Of a DNA stretch of 64,000 bases, positions 9,514 through 19,810 are shown one piece after another. The DNA is taken from positions 128,001-192,000 of the forward strand of contig JBMORA010000063.1 of NCBI GenBank assembly GCA_049320885.1, written 5' to 3'. The stretch is from Thermodesulfobacteriota bacterium. GTDB taxonomy: Bacteria > Desulfobacterota > Desulfobacteria > Desulfobacterales > SURF-7. The notes under the pieces were generated by a model that did not search any database, had not been told where the DNA came from, and saw only the letters and a program-made list of their open reading frames with translations. Made by a program: the position numbers and the translations under genes. Every line of letters starts with the position of its first letter. Position 1 is the first letter of the stretch.

Positions 9514-10317
9514 TTAGTCGGACCAATCCACCTTGCGGACGAACTGGATCTCCACCGCCTGGACCCCCGGAACCCGGCGGGCGATTTCCTCCATTTCCGC
9601 AAACATCTCCGGATGGTCGGAACTTTTGGTCGCGATGCGCACCTTCCCGCCTTCGGCGGTGACCCGGATACCCGGATTCAGGTCGATGAGCGCCGCCTTG
9701 ACTTCCGCGGCCATGGCCAGGCTCTCCAAGGCCTTCTGGGATTCATAGGTGGTCTTGAAAAGGTCCATGCCGGCGGCATGACAGATCACTTCCGCAGCTT
9801 CAGCGACCTTGATCTTGCGGATATGAATCACGAGGTCGTAGAGACTCGAATCCCAGGTATCGATGCCGTAAAGGGTTCTGCTCCACTGCTGCCTTTCCAG
9901 GTCGTCTTTTTTCAGCATTTTGATGGCCGTTTCCACGGGTATGCCGTCCCGCTCCGCCTCCAGCCTGGCGCGCTCATTGATCTCCGCGATGATCCGGACT
10001 TTCAGGGCATGGGCAACTCCCTGCAGGAAGAAATGCCCCGCCAGACCGTGATACACCACGTTGTCGCGCTTGAGGTATTTCAGGAACGCGGCTTCAAAAT
10101 AGGCGATATACCGCTCCCGGCCGTAGGTGAAGCGGTCCAGTATGGAAGGGGCGTCATGAATCGCCCGCTCCATCCGGATCTCCGGGATGTTGAATTCCCG
10201 GGAGGCCTCCAGCAGCATTTCCCGGCCGACGCATTGGAAACCCAGTTTTTTCGCCACCAGCTCCGCCACGTCTCGGCCATGACTGAAAGAACCTCTCGAA
10301 ATCGTTATAATGGCCAT
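9514..10317 (-). CDS. Cytidylate kinase-like family protein with C-terminal BON-like domain
   Basis: MAIITISRGSFSHG P-loop-like start, ALKVRIIA, YDLVIH; C-terminal VTAEGGKV..VPGVQAV; AGGAGGAG RBS. Confidence 0.75.
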   Translation of the reverse strand: MAIITISRGSFSHGRDVAELVAKKLGFQCVGREMLLEASREFNIPEIRMERAIHDAPSILDRFTYGRERYIAYFEAAFLKYLKRDNVVYHGLAGHFFLQGVAHALKVRIIAEINERARLEAERDGIPVETAIKMLKKDDLERQQWSRTLYGIDTWDSSLYDLVIHIRKIKVAEAAEVICHAAGMDLFKTTYESQKALESLAMAAEVKAALIDLNPGIRVTAEGGKVRIATKSSDHPEMFAEMEEIARRVPGVQAVEIQFVRKVDWSD

Positions 10318-10610
10318 AGGCTCCTCCTTTTTCTTGAACGAACCTTTTTATCATATTCCTCTGCCGGTGCATTGAAAAGGAAAAATATCAATCCATTTTT
10401 TTCGCTGTCGATATCACACCCGCGGAATACCGATTTCAACCCGCACACGGTCGACCATGGCATTCTTTCCGGCCCCGCCTGAAAAATGGGTAACGTTTTC
10501 CTTTCCGGGATCGCATGATTTTCGTGCTGGCGGAACTGAACAGGATGACTTATAAAGAGTTTAGCATGTATAATCGTACCTCTTTTGACGTCATGAAAGG
10601 AATGGTCGCC

Positions 10611-11534
10611 ATGGATTCTTCACCCGGCCGTGACGGAGGGAAACCGCGAATCCCTGTTTTGGCTGTTTTGTTGTCCCTGGGCGCCACCGGTCTGGGGCAG
10701 ATCTACTGCGGAAAACTGACCAAAGGTCTGGTTCTCTTCTTTCTCAGTTTTGCCTTTGCCCCCATTATTGTCAATACGGCCGCGGCTAGTTCCTCCGAAT
10801 GGGCTCCGGTGGCGGTTATTCTTTCCCTGGCACTACTGTTTTCGGTCTTTTTGTATGCCATGGCGGACGCCTACCTGCTTGCGAAACGGGAACGCCGGGG
10901 CTACCAGCTGAAAGAATACAATCGCTGGTACCTCTATCTCCTGTTCGTCCTGGTTTCCACCACCTATCCGGCCAACCTGGCCCATACCATCCGGGAGCAA
11001 ATCCTCCAGGCCTATAAAATCCCTTCCGCCAGCATGGTTCCCAATATTCTGCCCGGCGACTATGTTCTGTTGAACAAAACGGTTTATCGGAAACGGTCGC
11101 CGCAAATCGGCGAAATCGTCGTTTTCATCCCCCCCAGCCAACGGCATTCGCGCCATATCAAACGCATCGCGGCCTTGCCCGGGGACACGGTGGAGATCAA
11201 GGAAAACAAGCTCCGGGTCAATGACCGTCCCGTGATTTTCCAACCCGCCGGGGGTATCGAGGGCCTGGATATCCGGAATACTTTTCCCGGCAAATTCATC
11301 GGGGAGGTGAACGGTGAGGCCAGCTATTCCATCCGGCTCGCCAAGGAACCGCTGGCGGATTTTCCCAAAACCACCGTCCCCGACGGTCATTGCTTTCTTC
11401 TGGGCGACAACCGCCCGGACAGCCGGGACAGCCGCCATTTCGGTCCGGTGCCGCTGGCGGATGTCAAAGGACGGGTGGACTTTATTTATTATCCGGCTGT
11501 CTCCTGGAAACGCTTCGGGTGGTATCGGGATTAA
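10611..11534 (+). CDS. lepB: Signal peptidase I with extra N-terminal TM region
   Basis: Catalytic Ser IPSASMVP, Lys HIKRI, C-terminal GDNRPDSRDSRHFG. Confidence 0.9.
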   Translation: MDSSPGRDGGKPRIPVLAVLLSLGATGLGQIYCGKLTKGLVLFFLSFAFAPIIVNTAAASSSEWAPVAVILSLALLFSVFLYAMADAYLLAKRERRGYQLKEYNRWYLYLLFVLVSTTYPANLAHTIREQILQAYKIPSASMVPNILPGDYVLLNKTVYRKRSPQIGEIVVFIPPSQRHSRHIKRIAALPGDTVEIKENKLRVNDRPVIFQPAGGIEGLDIRNTFPGKFIGEVNGEASYSIRLAKEPLADFPKTTVPDGHCFLLGDNRPDSRDSRHFGPVPLADVKGRVDFIYYPAVSWKRFGWYRD

Positions 11535-11545
11535 TGCGGATGAAA

Positions 11546-12454
11546 TCACTTATCCTGGGCGTCCATGGTTAACCGGTTGCGGCCGCCTTTTTTGCTCTGG
11601 TAGAGCAACGTATCCGCGCGTTTCAGGAGGGCAAGGGGATCGTCCGGCGATCCGGCCAGGGTGGCGCCCAGGGAAACCGTCACATGCAGCAGCTTCCCGT
11701 CGACTTTGATGCGTGTCTTTTCAACAAGCGCCCGGGTGCGCTCGCCGATATGCCGCAAAGCCGGCGCATCCACATTGCGGAAAACACCGATAAACTCTTC
11801 TCCGCCCCATCTGCCGAACAGGTCGAAGGGCCTGGTATTGACCGCCAGGGTTTTGGACACGGTTTTCAACACCAGATCACCCGCATCATGACCATGGGTA
11901 TCGTTGACCTGCTTGAAATGATCGATATCCAGCAGAATGACGCCGAAAGCCAGGCCATCCCGTTCCTTTTCGGCGAACCGGCGTTGCAATTCCAGTTCGG
12001 CATAACGCCTGTTGGCCAGCTGGGTGAGGGTGTCCAGAAACGCCAGCCGTTCCAACTCCTCGATTTTCGACCGCATGACATCCTGGGGACTGGTGTCGCT
12101 GAAAAATTCCGCGCTGCCGATGATGTCGCCCTGCCGGTTCCGCAGGGGTGTCACCCGAACCCAGACCGGCACCCGGTGTCCGTCCTTGTGATGCAGGAAC
12201 AGCTCAGCGGCCCGGTTCGCGCCGTCTTCGATGGTCCTGGCCAGCGGGCAATTCCCCAGGCACAGGGTCTCTCCCTGATCGTTCACATGCATCAGGATAT
12301 CATCCCAGCAATGCATGCCGAGCACTTCCCGGGAGGCAAATCCGGTGATCCGCTCCGCCGCCTTGTTCCAGTAAATGATCCTGCGGTCGGGATCCACGAA
12401 ATACAACCCGTCCTGAATATTCTCCATCAGATTGTTGAAATCGAAATCCATCAT
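11546..12454 (-). CDS. PAS-domain diguanylate cyclase
   Basis: PAS (WNKAAERITG), DTLTQLANRR, DIDHFKQVND, RPFD I-site with GGEEF. Confidence 0.92.
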   Translation of the reverse strand: MMDFDFNNLMENIQDGLYFVDPDRRIIYWNKAAERITGFASREVLGMHCWDDILMHVNDQGETLCLGNCPLARTIEDGANRAAELFLHHKDGHRVPVWVRVTPLRNRQGDIIGSAEFFSDTSPQDVMRSKIEELERLAFLDTLTQLANRRYAELELQRRFAEKERDGLAFGVILLDIDHFKQVNDTHGHDAGDLVLKTVSKTLAVNTRPFDLFGRWGGEEFIGVFRNVDAPALRHIGERTRALVEKTRIKVDGKLLHVTVSLGATLAGSPDDPLALLKRADTLLYQSKKGGRNRLTMDAQDK

Positions 12455-12481
12455 GCCGGCCGCCTGCTCATTTCATGGTAG

Positions 12482-12505
12482 AGGGACGGCCGGACGGCCG
12501 TCCCT
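12482..12505. terminator. GC-rich hairpin downstream of nrfA (terminator or stabiliser)
   Basis: AGGGACGGCC-GGAC-GGCCGTCCCT perfect 10-bp stem; weak U-tail on the minus strand. Confidence 0.4.
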
Positions 12506-12536
12506 TTGCTGCGAACAGTGGGAATCACCTCCCGGA

Positions 12537-14087
12537 TCAATTCGCCAATCGTTTGTTGCCTTCCCACATTTTCGCCGTCTTGGGAGACAGCGTCAGATAT
12601 TGGAACCATGGATGACTCTTCAAATGTTCCGGATCCATTTGCAGTTCCCGGCTGTGGCGCAGAATGGGGGCCACGATTTTGCGGATATCGCCGTCCAGGT
12701 CCTTGGCGATGGTGAAGGCAGCGGCCCGGACAGCCGCATCCACCGCTTTTTGACTGAACTGCTGGGATTGGGCCAATGTATGCATGGCCTTGGTCGGGTT
12801 GTGGAAACCCACGCTGTTTTCCGCGGATACATAATCCCAGAAAAATTGTCCTTTGCGGCACCACTGCCGGGCCTCAATCAGCTTCTCCTCGTAATCGGCC
12901 GGTTTTTCCCCCTGGTATTCCGACGCCAGCCGGATGGCCTCATGGGCCTTGACGGAGATGTCCTGGGCCGTCATCAGCTGTTCCCAGACCTTATGCTGGG
13001 TAAACAGCACCCGTTCCCGCAGGAAAGCGGGGGTTTTATCCGTATGGCACTGGCGGCAGGCCTTGAGATCCGGATCCTTGAGCGGCGAAGTCCAGTGATG
13101 GGAGGAGATTTTTTTCTTTCCATCCAGGCGGACATAACTCATGTGGCAATCGGCGCAGACGACTCCGGCGGCCCCGTGGACCCCGTTGGACCACATTTCG
13201 TATTCCGGGTGCTGGGCCTTGAGCATGGGCGTCTTGGAAACCGGATGGGTCCAATCCACGAAATTGCCTTCAAAACCCTTGAGGGCGCATTCGCCGTGCG
13301 TTTTGTAATACGTATAGATTTGTTCCGGGTCGAACCCTTCGGTCCAGGGGAAAACCGGTTTTTTGGCCGGACCGAAACTCTTGTCCTGAAAATAATATTC
13401 CACATGGCACTGCCCGCAGACCAATGCGCGCTGTTCGTTGCGCGGCAGGCTCTTGAACTCCTTGCCCTGGCCAGCCAGATAGTCCTTCAACGGAACGCTG
13501 TACAGCCGCAGTTCCATATTCCGGGGATCATGGCAGTTGGCGCAGCCGATGGTGTCCTCCTCCAGGTCGACTTTTTCCCGGAATTCGTTGAAATCCTTTG
13601 CCCAGTAATCGTCCCCGTTCTCCTTGAGAAAAGTGTTCATCTTGGCGGTTTTGCAGTTCATGCAGGTGGCGGGAAGCCCGGCCTTCACGTCATAGCGGTT
13701 CAGGCGGTCGATGTTCAGGATATCCTTCATGGCGTAGGTATGGCCCCGGGCGGCCCGGTATTCGTAGCTGAAGGGGTAGCCCAGCCAGAGATTTTTCAAA
13801 TAGGGCTGGGCGTGTTTATACCCCTCGGGCAGGGGATTGACATTGTCATGTTTGTTATAGGCCACGGAGCCGCCGTACTCGGTCATGATCTCCGATTCAT
13901 TGTTCCGGAGGTAGGTTTCATAGTGCAGGGGGAATTCCGGTTTGAAGGCGGAGTTGCGGATTTCCTCCTCGGACAGCTCGGTCTGATATACGGGCGTCGC
14001 CGGTTCCTGGACATCCGCGCATCCGTTGACGAAAGGCAAAGCGGTAAGGATCAGAACGAGAATCATGGGGATAGCGGTGTTACGCAT
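12537..14087 (-). CDS. nrfA: Ammonia-forming cytochrome c nitrite reductase, catalytic subunit
   Basis: CMNCK (Lys-ligated heme) plus CANCH, CGQCHVEYYF, CADCHM, CRQCH; KAQHPEYE; lipoprotein-like signal. Confidence 0.96.
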   Translation of the reverse strand: MRNTAIPMILVLILTALPFVNGCADVQEPATPVYQTELSEEEIRNSAFKPEFPLHYETYLRNNESEIMTEYGGSVAYNKHDNVNPLPEGYKHAQPYLKNLWLGYPFSYEYRAARGHTYAMKDILNIDRLNRYDVKAGLPATCMNCKTAKMNTFLKENGDDYWAKDFNEFREKVDLEEDTIGCANCHDPRNMELRLYSVPLKDYLAGQGKEFKSLPRNEQRALVCGQCHVEYYFQDKSFGPAKKPVFPWTEGFDPEQIYTYYKTHGECALKGFEGNFVDWTHPVSKTPMLKAQHPEYEMWSNGVHGAAGVVCADCHMSYVRLDGKKKISSHHWTSPLKDPDLKACRQCHTDKTPAFLRERVLFTQHKVWEQLMTAQDISVKAHEAIRLASEYQGEKPADYEEKLIEARQWCRKGQFFWDYVSAENSVGFHNPTKAMHTLAQSQQFSQKAVDAAVRAAAFTIAKDLDGDIRKIVAPILRHSRELQMDPEHLKSHPWFQYLTLSPKTAKMWEGNKRLAN

Positions 14088-14553
14088 CGGCGGCGCTCCT
14101 TTTGGCTACGGGGATTCTGAGGGTATGGGGTACATGGCGGTGACAATCCGTGCAATAAGGCTTGGCGGTCATGTTCACCCCTTCAAAAACGGCTCCGTGA
14201 CATCGCCGGCAGTTTTCCCGGACAACCGCTCGGGTCTCAACGCCGGCATGAATCAGATCGGGAATGCTGCTGGTCGCCGTCGCTGCGATATCACGCAGGC
14301 CTTCCTTGGTCTTGAAGGGAATCTTGGCGGCCAGGTTATGGGGCGCATGACATTCGTTGCAGGACAACTTGGCATGCAATGACTTGGAGTGGGTCAGCAT
14401 TGCTTCGGACATGGAATGGCAGCCACCGCAGAAACCGGGCTGATCCGTGGTCGTCATCGCCAGGGAGGAACCGATGGTGATTCCGGCGCCGGCAATCAAC
14501 GCCAGGAAGATGACGCCCCATATTGCGGCGCCTCCTGTTGGTTTCAAGCTCAT
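14080..14553 (-). CDS. nrfH: NapC/NirT family tetraheme quinol dehydrogenase
   Basis: N-terminal TM, CGGCHSM, CNECH, CRRCH, CTDCH; overlaps the nrfA start; GGAGG RBS. Confidence 0.93.
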   Translation of the reverse strand: MSLKPTGGAAIWGVIFLALIAGAGITIGSSLAMTTTDQPGFCGGCHSMSEAMLTHSKSLHAKLSCNECHAPHNLAAKIPFKTKEGLRDIAATATSSIPDLIHAGVETRAVVRENCRRCHGAVFEGVNMTAKPYCTDCHRHVPHTLRIPVAKRSAADA

Positions 14554-14747
14554 ATTCCCTCCATGCATGGATGTAACGCCGGTCTTCCGGCAGTTAGGGC
14601 ACTCCCGTCATCAGGATAAACACGGATTTCCGCCGATCGGACTCCGCCCGATGGTCGCTGCGCAATTTGGTTTCGGGATGGAAAAGACGGTGGCTCTTCC
14701 GTACGCCGCCACTGCGGGAGAAGCAGAAAAGCCCGGCTTGAAATGGT

Positions 14748-14776
14748 TTTTTAACAGGTTGAAAATCTAGTGTCAA
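14748..14776 (-). promoter_or_regulatory. Candidate sigma70 promoter for nrfHA
   Basis: TTGACA-17 bp-TAAAAA with extended TG. Confidence 0.45.
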
Positions 14777-14812
14777 TTCAAAAAATGCAGGCACCTGCCC
14801 CACTCCGGCCCG

Positions 14813-16240
14813 TCACCCGGCCGGCGAAAGGGACTTGACGATGTCACCGAGAAGGCGGATGCCGTTTTCCATTTCCGCGGTAAAGGGATGACCGCAGCTG
14901 ATACGGAGGCAGTTCCGGTATTTCCCGGTTCCGGAACAGATCAGGCCCGGGGCGACGAAAATCCGGTTTTCCTTGGCCAGTTCGAACACCTGCATTCCGT
15001 CAACGCCCGGCTCCATTTCCACCCACAGCACAAATCCGCCCCTGGGAGCGGTCAGCCGGGTTTGGGCGGGAAAATACCGGGCCACCGCCTGGGCCGTGTT
15101 GGCCATCTGGTGCTTCACGTTTTTTCGCAACTTGCGCAGATGCCGATCATAGGCGCCTTCCTTCAGAAAAGCGGCGATGATCAATTGGTTCAATTTGGAA
15201 GTGGTCATGGAGGAATTGATTTTCAGCCGTTTGACCTGGGGCATGAAGCGTCCCGGCAGGGTCCAGCCGATGCGCAGATCCGGGGCCAAAGTTTTGGAAA
15301 AGGAGGAGCAATGCAGCACCATGCCTTTCCGGTCGTGACTTTTCAAGGTCGCGGGCCGGGAATCGCCGAAATACAGATCGCCGTATATGTCGTCTTCGAT
15401 GATGGGGATGTTCCGGCGAGCCATCATGGCCACCAGTTCCTGCTTGGCCGCGTCGGGCATTTCAAAACCCAGCGGATTCTGAAAATTGGGATTGAGAATG
15501 CAGGCACTGACCCGGTTTTTCTTGATGGCCTGTCCCACGGAAGCCAAATCGATTCCGGTTTCCGGATCGGTGGGCGTCTCCAGGGCATACATATTCAGGT
15601 CCTCGATGAGTTGCAGGTAGCAGACAAACGTCGGCGACTCCACCAGGACCGTGTCTCCGGTTCTGGCAACGGCCCGCAGGCAAAGCTGGACCGCCTCCAT
15701 GCAGCCGCTGGTGATCAGGATGTCGTCCTCATGGGTTTCGGGATGGAATCCGACGGATCTTCTGCTGATCTGCCGCCGGAGCAGAGGACTGCCGGTGGGC
15801 GGGCCGTAACCGATGTCCGCATTTCGAATGTAGCGGCCGCAGACGGAACGTATGGTTTTGGCCAGGGCCTTGACGGGCATCAATTCCGCCGCCGCCACGG
15901 CGGTTCCCAGCGGCAGCAGGCCCGGGTCGGCGGCGGACTCCAGGATAAACTCCACCAGCGCGTTGACCGACACCTTCCTGGGACCTGCAGATGGTCTTTT
16001 CATCGTCGGCCGGGGCAGGATCGCGTCCATGCGGGGCCGGACATAAAAACCGGATTTATGGCGCGCCTCCACCATGCCGCGCTTTTCCAGCTCGATATAG
16101 GCGTGATAGACCGTGGAAAGACTCAGGCCCGTGTTGGCGTGCAAATCCCGGAGGGAAGGCAGTTTTTCCCCGGCCCGGAAGCCGCCGTTTTCGATTTTTC
16201 CCCCGATTTCATCCGCGAGACCGATGTACCGGAACGACAT
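14813..16240 (-). CDS. MocR/GabR family PLP-dependent transcriptional regulator
   Basis: GntR wHTH (GEKLPSLRDL..STVYHAY..LEKRG) fused to class I aminotransferase domain (IIEDDIY, SFSKT). Confidence 0.93.
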   Translation of the reverse strand: MSFRYIGLADEIGGKIENGGFRAGEKLPSLRDLHANTGLSLSTVYHAYIELEKRGMVEARHKSGFYVRPRMDAILPRPTMKRPSAGPRKVSVNALVEFILESAADPGLLPLGTAVAAAELMPVKALAKTIRSVCGRYIRNADIGYGPPTGSPLLRRQISRRSVGFHPETHEDDILITSGCMEAVQLCLRAVARTGDTVLVESPTFVCYLQLIEDLNMYALETPTDPETGIDLASVGQAIKKNRVSACILNPNFQNPLGFEMPDAAKQELVAMMARRNIPIIEDDIYGDLYFGDSRPATLKSHDRKGMVLHCSSFSKTLAPDLRIGWTLPGRFMPQVKRLKINSSMTTSKLNQLIIAAFLKEGAYDRHLRKLRKNVKHQMANTAQAVARYFPAQTRLTAPRGGFVLWVEMEPGVDGMQVFELAKENRIFVAPGLICSGTGKYRNCLRISCGHPFTAEMENGIRLLGDIVKSLSPAG

Positions 16241-16252
16241 CTTGCCCCATCA

Positions 16253-16291
16253 TCTGTTATGATATTTTATGTCATTTTCTGTGTCTGTTAT
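16253..16291. promoter_or_regulatory. TCTGTTAT direct repeats, candidate MocR operator
   Basis: TCTGTTAT at 16253-16260 and 16284-16291 (31-bp period) in the divergent intergenic region. Confidence 0.5.
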
Positions 16292-16392
16292 TATTTATGC
16301 CGGCGGATACCATATTTCAACAATAAAATATCATTGACAGCGAAATGGATTTTGAGCGCATACCCATCCACAACCAGAGAGACGTAAGAACC

Positions 16393-17571
16393 ATGCGAAC
16401 CGAACAACTCCTTGCCCGTCGAACCCGGAACATGAATGTCAATTTCCTGCGGGAAATTCTGAAAACCGCCTCCCAACCCGGCATGATGTCCCTTGCCGGC
16501 GGAGTGCCGGCACCGGAAAGTTTTCCCCTGGAAATGATCATCGAGCTGTCCGCTTCCGTCCTGCGTAAATACGGGGCCGGCGCCTTGCAATACGGCCCTT
16601 CCGAAGGTTTTGGTCCGCTGCGGGAAGCCTTGTCCCGCCATCTGGAGCAAAACAGCATCCCCGCCGCACCGGACGACATCTTGATTTCCAGCGGTTCCCA
16701 GGGCGCCCTGGACGCGGTGGCCAAAATTCTGGTTTCCAGGGGGGACAGGGTGGCGATCGAATCCCCCACCTATCTGGGGGCATTGCATGCCTTCAATCCC
16801 TACGAACCGGAATATGTGCGGCTGGAAGCCGACGAGCACGGGCCGACACCGGAAGGCCTGCGGCGGATTCTAAAACAGGGGAAGATAAAATTTATCTACC
16901 TGGTTCCCACCTTCCAGAACCCCACGGGCAAGACCATCCCGCTTCACCGGCGACAGGAGATCGCCGAGGTGATCAAGACCGGCAACGCTCTGTTGATCGA
17001 GGACGATCCCTACAGCGCCCTGCGATACGAGGGTGATCCCATCCCGGCCATCCGGACCATGGCACCGGATCAAGTCATTTATCTGGGAACCCTCTCCAAA
17101 GTCCTGGCGCCCGGACTCCGGGTGGGATTCTGCCTGGCTCCGAACTGGGTGAAACGCTGGCTGGTGATCGCCAAACAGGGCATCGATCTGCACACCGGCT
17201 CATTGAGCCAGGCTCTGGCGGCGGAGTATCTTTCCGGAGGACATCTGGAGCGGCACCTGCCGAAAATCATCGCCCTTTACGCCCCGCGGCGGCAAGCCAT
17301 GCTGGAATCGCTGGAAGCCTGTTTCCCGAAAAACTATTCCTGGTCACGGCCCGATGGAGGGATGTTTGTGTGGGTCATGGGACCGAAAGAAATGGATATG
17401 GAACCGGTTTACGCGGAGGCATTGAAACGCGGGGTCGCCTTTGTTCCGGGACGATTTTTCCATATCGACGGAGGCGAGGGCCGGGAAACCATGCGGTTGA
17501 ACTTCACCATGTTCGGCGAACGGGAGATCCGCCGGGCGGTGAAAACCATCGCGGATATCCTGGCCGGATGA
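16393..17571 (+). CDS. PLP-dependent class I/II aminotransferase (2-aminoadipate transaminase-like)
   Basis: SLAGGVP, ALQYG, PTFQNPTG, LIEDDPY, GTLSKVLAPGLRVG. Confidence 0.9.
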   Translation: MRTEQLLARRTRNMNVNFLREILKTASQPGMMSLAGGVPAPESFPLEMIIELSASVLRKYGAGALQYGPSEGFGPLREALSRHLEQNSIPAAPDDILISSGSQGALDAVAKILVSRGDRVAIESPTYLGALHAFNPYEPEYVRLEADEHGPTPEGLRRILKQGKIKFIYLVPTFQNPTGKTIPLHRRQEIAEVIKTGNALLIEDDPYSALRYEGDPIPAIRTMAPDQVIYLGTLSKVLAPGLRVGFCLAPNWVKRWLVIAKQGIDLHTGSLSQALAAEYLSGGHLERHLPKIIALYAPRRQAMLESLEACFPKNYSWSRPDGGMFVWVMGPKEMDMEPVYAEALKRGVAFVPGRFFHIDGGEGRETMRLNFTMFGEREIRRAVKTIADILAG

Positions 17572-17574
17572 TCG

Positions 17575-19668
17575 TCAGATGCCTTCTTCCGGATCGGCGA
17601 CCACTTCCCAGGCATTCGGCGGATGCGGGAGAGCGGCCCGTTCCGCTGCGCGCGGAAGTTCGGCGGAGGAACTCGTTTCCTGCCGCCGCAGGGTGAAATG
17701 ACGCAGCAAAGCCTTGACCTGGGCGGCCTGGGAAGCCAGCTCCTCGGCGGCTGACGAGGTTTCCTCCGCATGGGCCGTGTTCTGCTGGGTCACGCCGTCG
17801 ATCTGGGACAGCCCCTGGTTGATCTGGGAAATCCCCTGGGCCTGCTCGTTGCTGGCGGAGGCGATTTCGCCCACCAGTTGGGCCACCCGGGAGACATCGG
17901 CATGGATCTGGGACAAGGTCTGGGATGTGGTGGCGACAACGGCATCCCCGTCGGCGATGCGCTTCACGGTTTTCTCGATGAGTTGGGAAGTCTCTTCCGC
18001 CGCCTTGGCGCTTCGGCCTGCCAGGCTGCGGACCTCCTGGGCGACGACGGCAAATCCCTTGCCGTGTTTTCCGGCCCGGGCCGCCTCCACCGCCGCATTG
18101 AGAGCCAGCAGGTTGGTCTGAAACGCAATTCCTTCAATGGCGCCGATGATCTTGCGGATCTCCTTGCTGGATTCGGTAATGGCGGTCATGGCCTCCGTGA
18201 CGGATTGCATCTGCCGGACTCCTTCCTGGGCCGCCTGACTCGCCTTGACGGTCAAGGTCTCCGCCTGGCCGGCGCTGGCGGCGTTAACCGTTGTCTGGGA
18301 GCCGATCTCCGACATGGAGCTGGTGATCTCCTCCAGGGAAGAAGCCTGCTCGGTGGCGCCCTGGGAAAGGGACTGGCTGGAATCCGACACCTGGGCGGAA
18401 CCCGCGGTCACCTGATTCACGGCGCCGGCGATCCGGGACAACACCCGGTTCAGGTTGTTGTTCATGGCCTGCAAGGATTTACCTAGACTGTCCTCTTCCG
18501 AACTGAGTTGGATCTCGTGGGTCAAATCGCCGTTGGCGATGTTTTCGGCCAGCCGTCCCTTGGCCTCCAGGCTGTCGGCCATGGCATCCAGCATGTCGGA
18601 GAGACGCCCGATCTCGTCGCTGCGGCCCAGTTTCAACCGCCGGGACAGATCTCCCCGGCGGATGGCCTCGGCCAGTTCGATGGTGCGGGCAATCGGTCCG
18701 GCCAGCGAATGATAGATCAGGAAACCGATGCCTCCCAGCAGTGCAACCACCAGCGCCACGGAAACGATAATGATCAACTTGCTGATCCGTGCCGCTTTCC
18801 TGCCTTCGGTCTTTCCCAGTTCGACGATCTGATTGGCGACGGTTTTGGCTTTCTCCCCCGAGTCAACAATGCGGGCTATGGCCGCCTGGTTTTTCTGCCA
18901 TAACCCGGTAATCGTTTGCTCAACGGCTTCGATCTCCTTCATATGATCGGCCGCTTTCCTCCAGTTGTCGCTGAAGGCTTCGACCTTGACGGCTTGAATG
19001 ACAATCTCCGCGTTTTTGATTTCCACGTCGATTTTTTTCTTCAGGTCTTCCCGCACGGACTGATAGCGGCCCAGGTCGCCCGCCAGAAAAAGGTTTTCGG
19101 TAAGGTTGAGCATGACCTCGTTGCGGATGCCTAACAACTGCCTGGCCTGCTTGCGGACGGCATCCTTCTCCGGCGGAATGACATCGCCGTTCAGGGAAAG
19201 TTCCGCCTCCTCGTCTTCTATCTTCTTGATCGTATCCTTCAAACGGGCGTCGAATTGCTGCAAGATGGCGCCAATTCTTTCCCGGGCCGCATTCATGTCC
19301 GTTGTGTCGGTGACGATGGCGTCGAAGAGCGGCGCGCTGTCCGATTCCGTCTGTTTCATCGCTTCGCACAACTCCCGTACCTTGGCATCTTCCGTAACCG
19401 CGACGGTTCTGTCGATGATGTCCCGGAAACGTTTTCGTTGCAGCCTGGATTCCTCGATCCGTTTGGTCTCCGGGGAGCGGATATAGCGTTCCTCGGTTCG
19501 GATGATGTCGGCGATCACGCCGGCCGCTTCGAGGCTGAGCAGGCCGATTTCATTGACCCGCTGGATGAAGCCTTGCGCATACTGCCCGATGCCGCCGATG
19601 ACCAGCATGCCGAAAATCCCGATGACGGAAAGAAAGACGATTTTCGCTTTGACGGAATGAAGGTTCAT
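17575..19668 (-). CDS. Methyl-accepting chemotaxis protein
   Basis: 2 TM, long helical periplasmic domain, [24 protein letters not shown] signalling hairpin. Confidence 0.95.
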   Translation of the reverse strand: MNLHSVKAKIVFLSVIGIFGMLVIGGIGQYAQGFIQRVNEIGLLSLEAAGVIADIIRTEERYIRSPETKRIEESRLQRKRFRDIIDRTVAVTEDAKVRELCEAMKQTESDSAPLFDAIVTDTTDMNAARERIGAILQQFDARLKDTIKKIEDEEAELSLNGDVIPPEKDAVRKQARQLLGIRNEVMLNLTENLFLAGDLGRYQSVREDLKKKIDVEIKNAEIVIQAVKVEAFSDNWRKAADHMKEIEAVEQTITGLWQKNQAAIARIVDSGEKAKTVANQIVELGKTEGRKAARISKLIIIVSVALVVALLGGIGFLIYHSLAGPIARTIELAEAIRRGDLSRRLKLGRSDEIGRLSDMLDAMADSLEAKGRLAENIANGDLTHEIQLSSEEDSLGKSLQAMNNNLNRVLSRIAGAVNQVTAGSAQVSDSSQSLSQGATEQASSLEEITSSMSEIGSQTTVNAASAGQAETLTVKASQAAQEGVRQMQSVTEAMTAITESSKEIRKIIGAIEGIAFQTNLLALNAAVEAARAGKHGKGFAVVAQEVRSLAGRSAKAAEETSQLIEKTVKRIADGDAVVATTSQTLSQIHADVSRVAQLVGEIASASNEQAQGISQINQGLSQIDGVTQQNTAHAEETSSAAEELASQAAQVKALLRHFTLRRQETSSSAELPRAAERAALPHPPNAWEVVADPEEGI

Positions 19669-19705
19669 GTTACCGATTCCATTTTCATGTAGATGGGGAG
19701 AGCGA

Positions 19706-19746
19706 CCGTCAACTGATCGGCGTAAAACGCCGGCATCAGTTGACGG
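19706..19746. other. Long intergenic hairpin between the Cache gene and the MCP gene
   Basis: CCGTCAACTGAT-CGGCG-TAAAA-CGCCG-GC-ATCAGTTGACGG. Confidence 0.55.
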
Positions 19747-19810
19747 CGGTGATGGGGATTATTAACCGCCACCTGTCTGGTGGTGGCTCCAATGCGGGTC
19801 CGACCGGTGG

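Noticed and set aside
12432..14120. 562-aa plus-strand ORF (likewise 14888-16387, 29444-30922, 5582-6748, 54890-56077, 56988-58106)
   Set aside because: Antisense shadows of well-supported genes, typical of high-GC codon bias; no motifs
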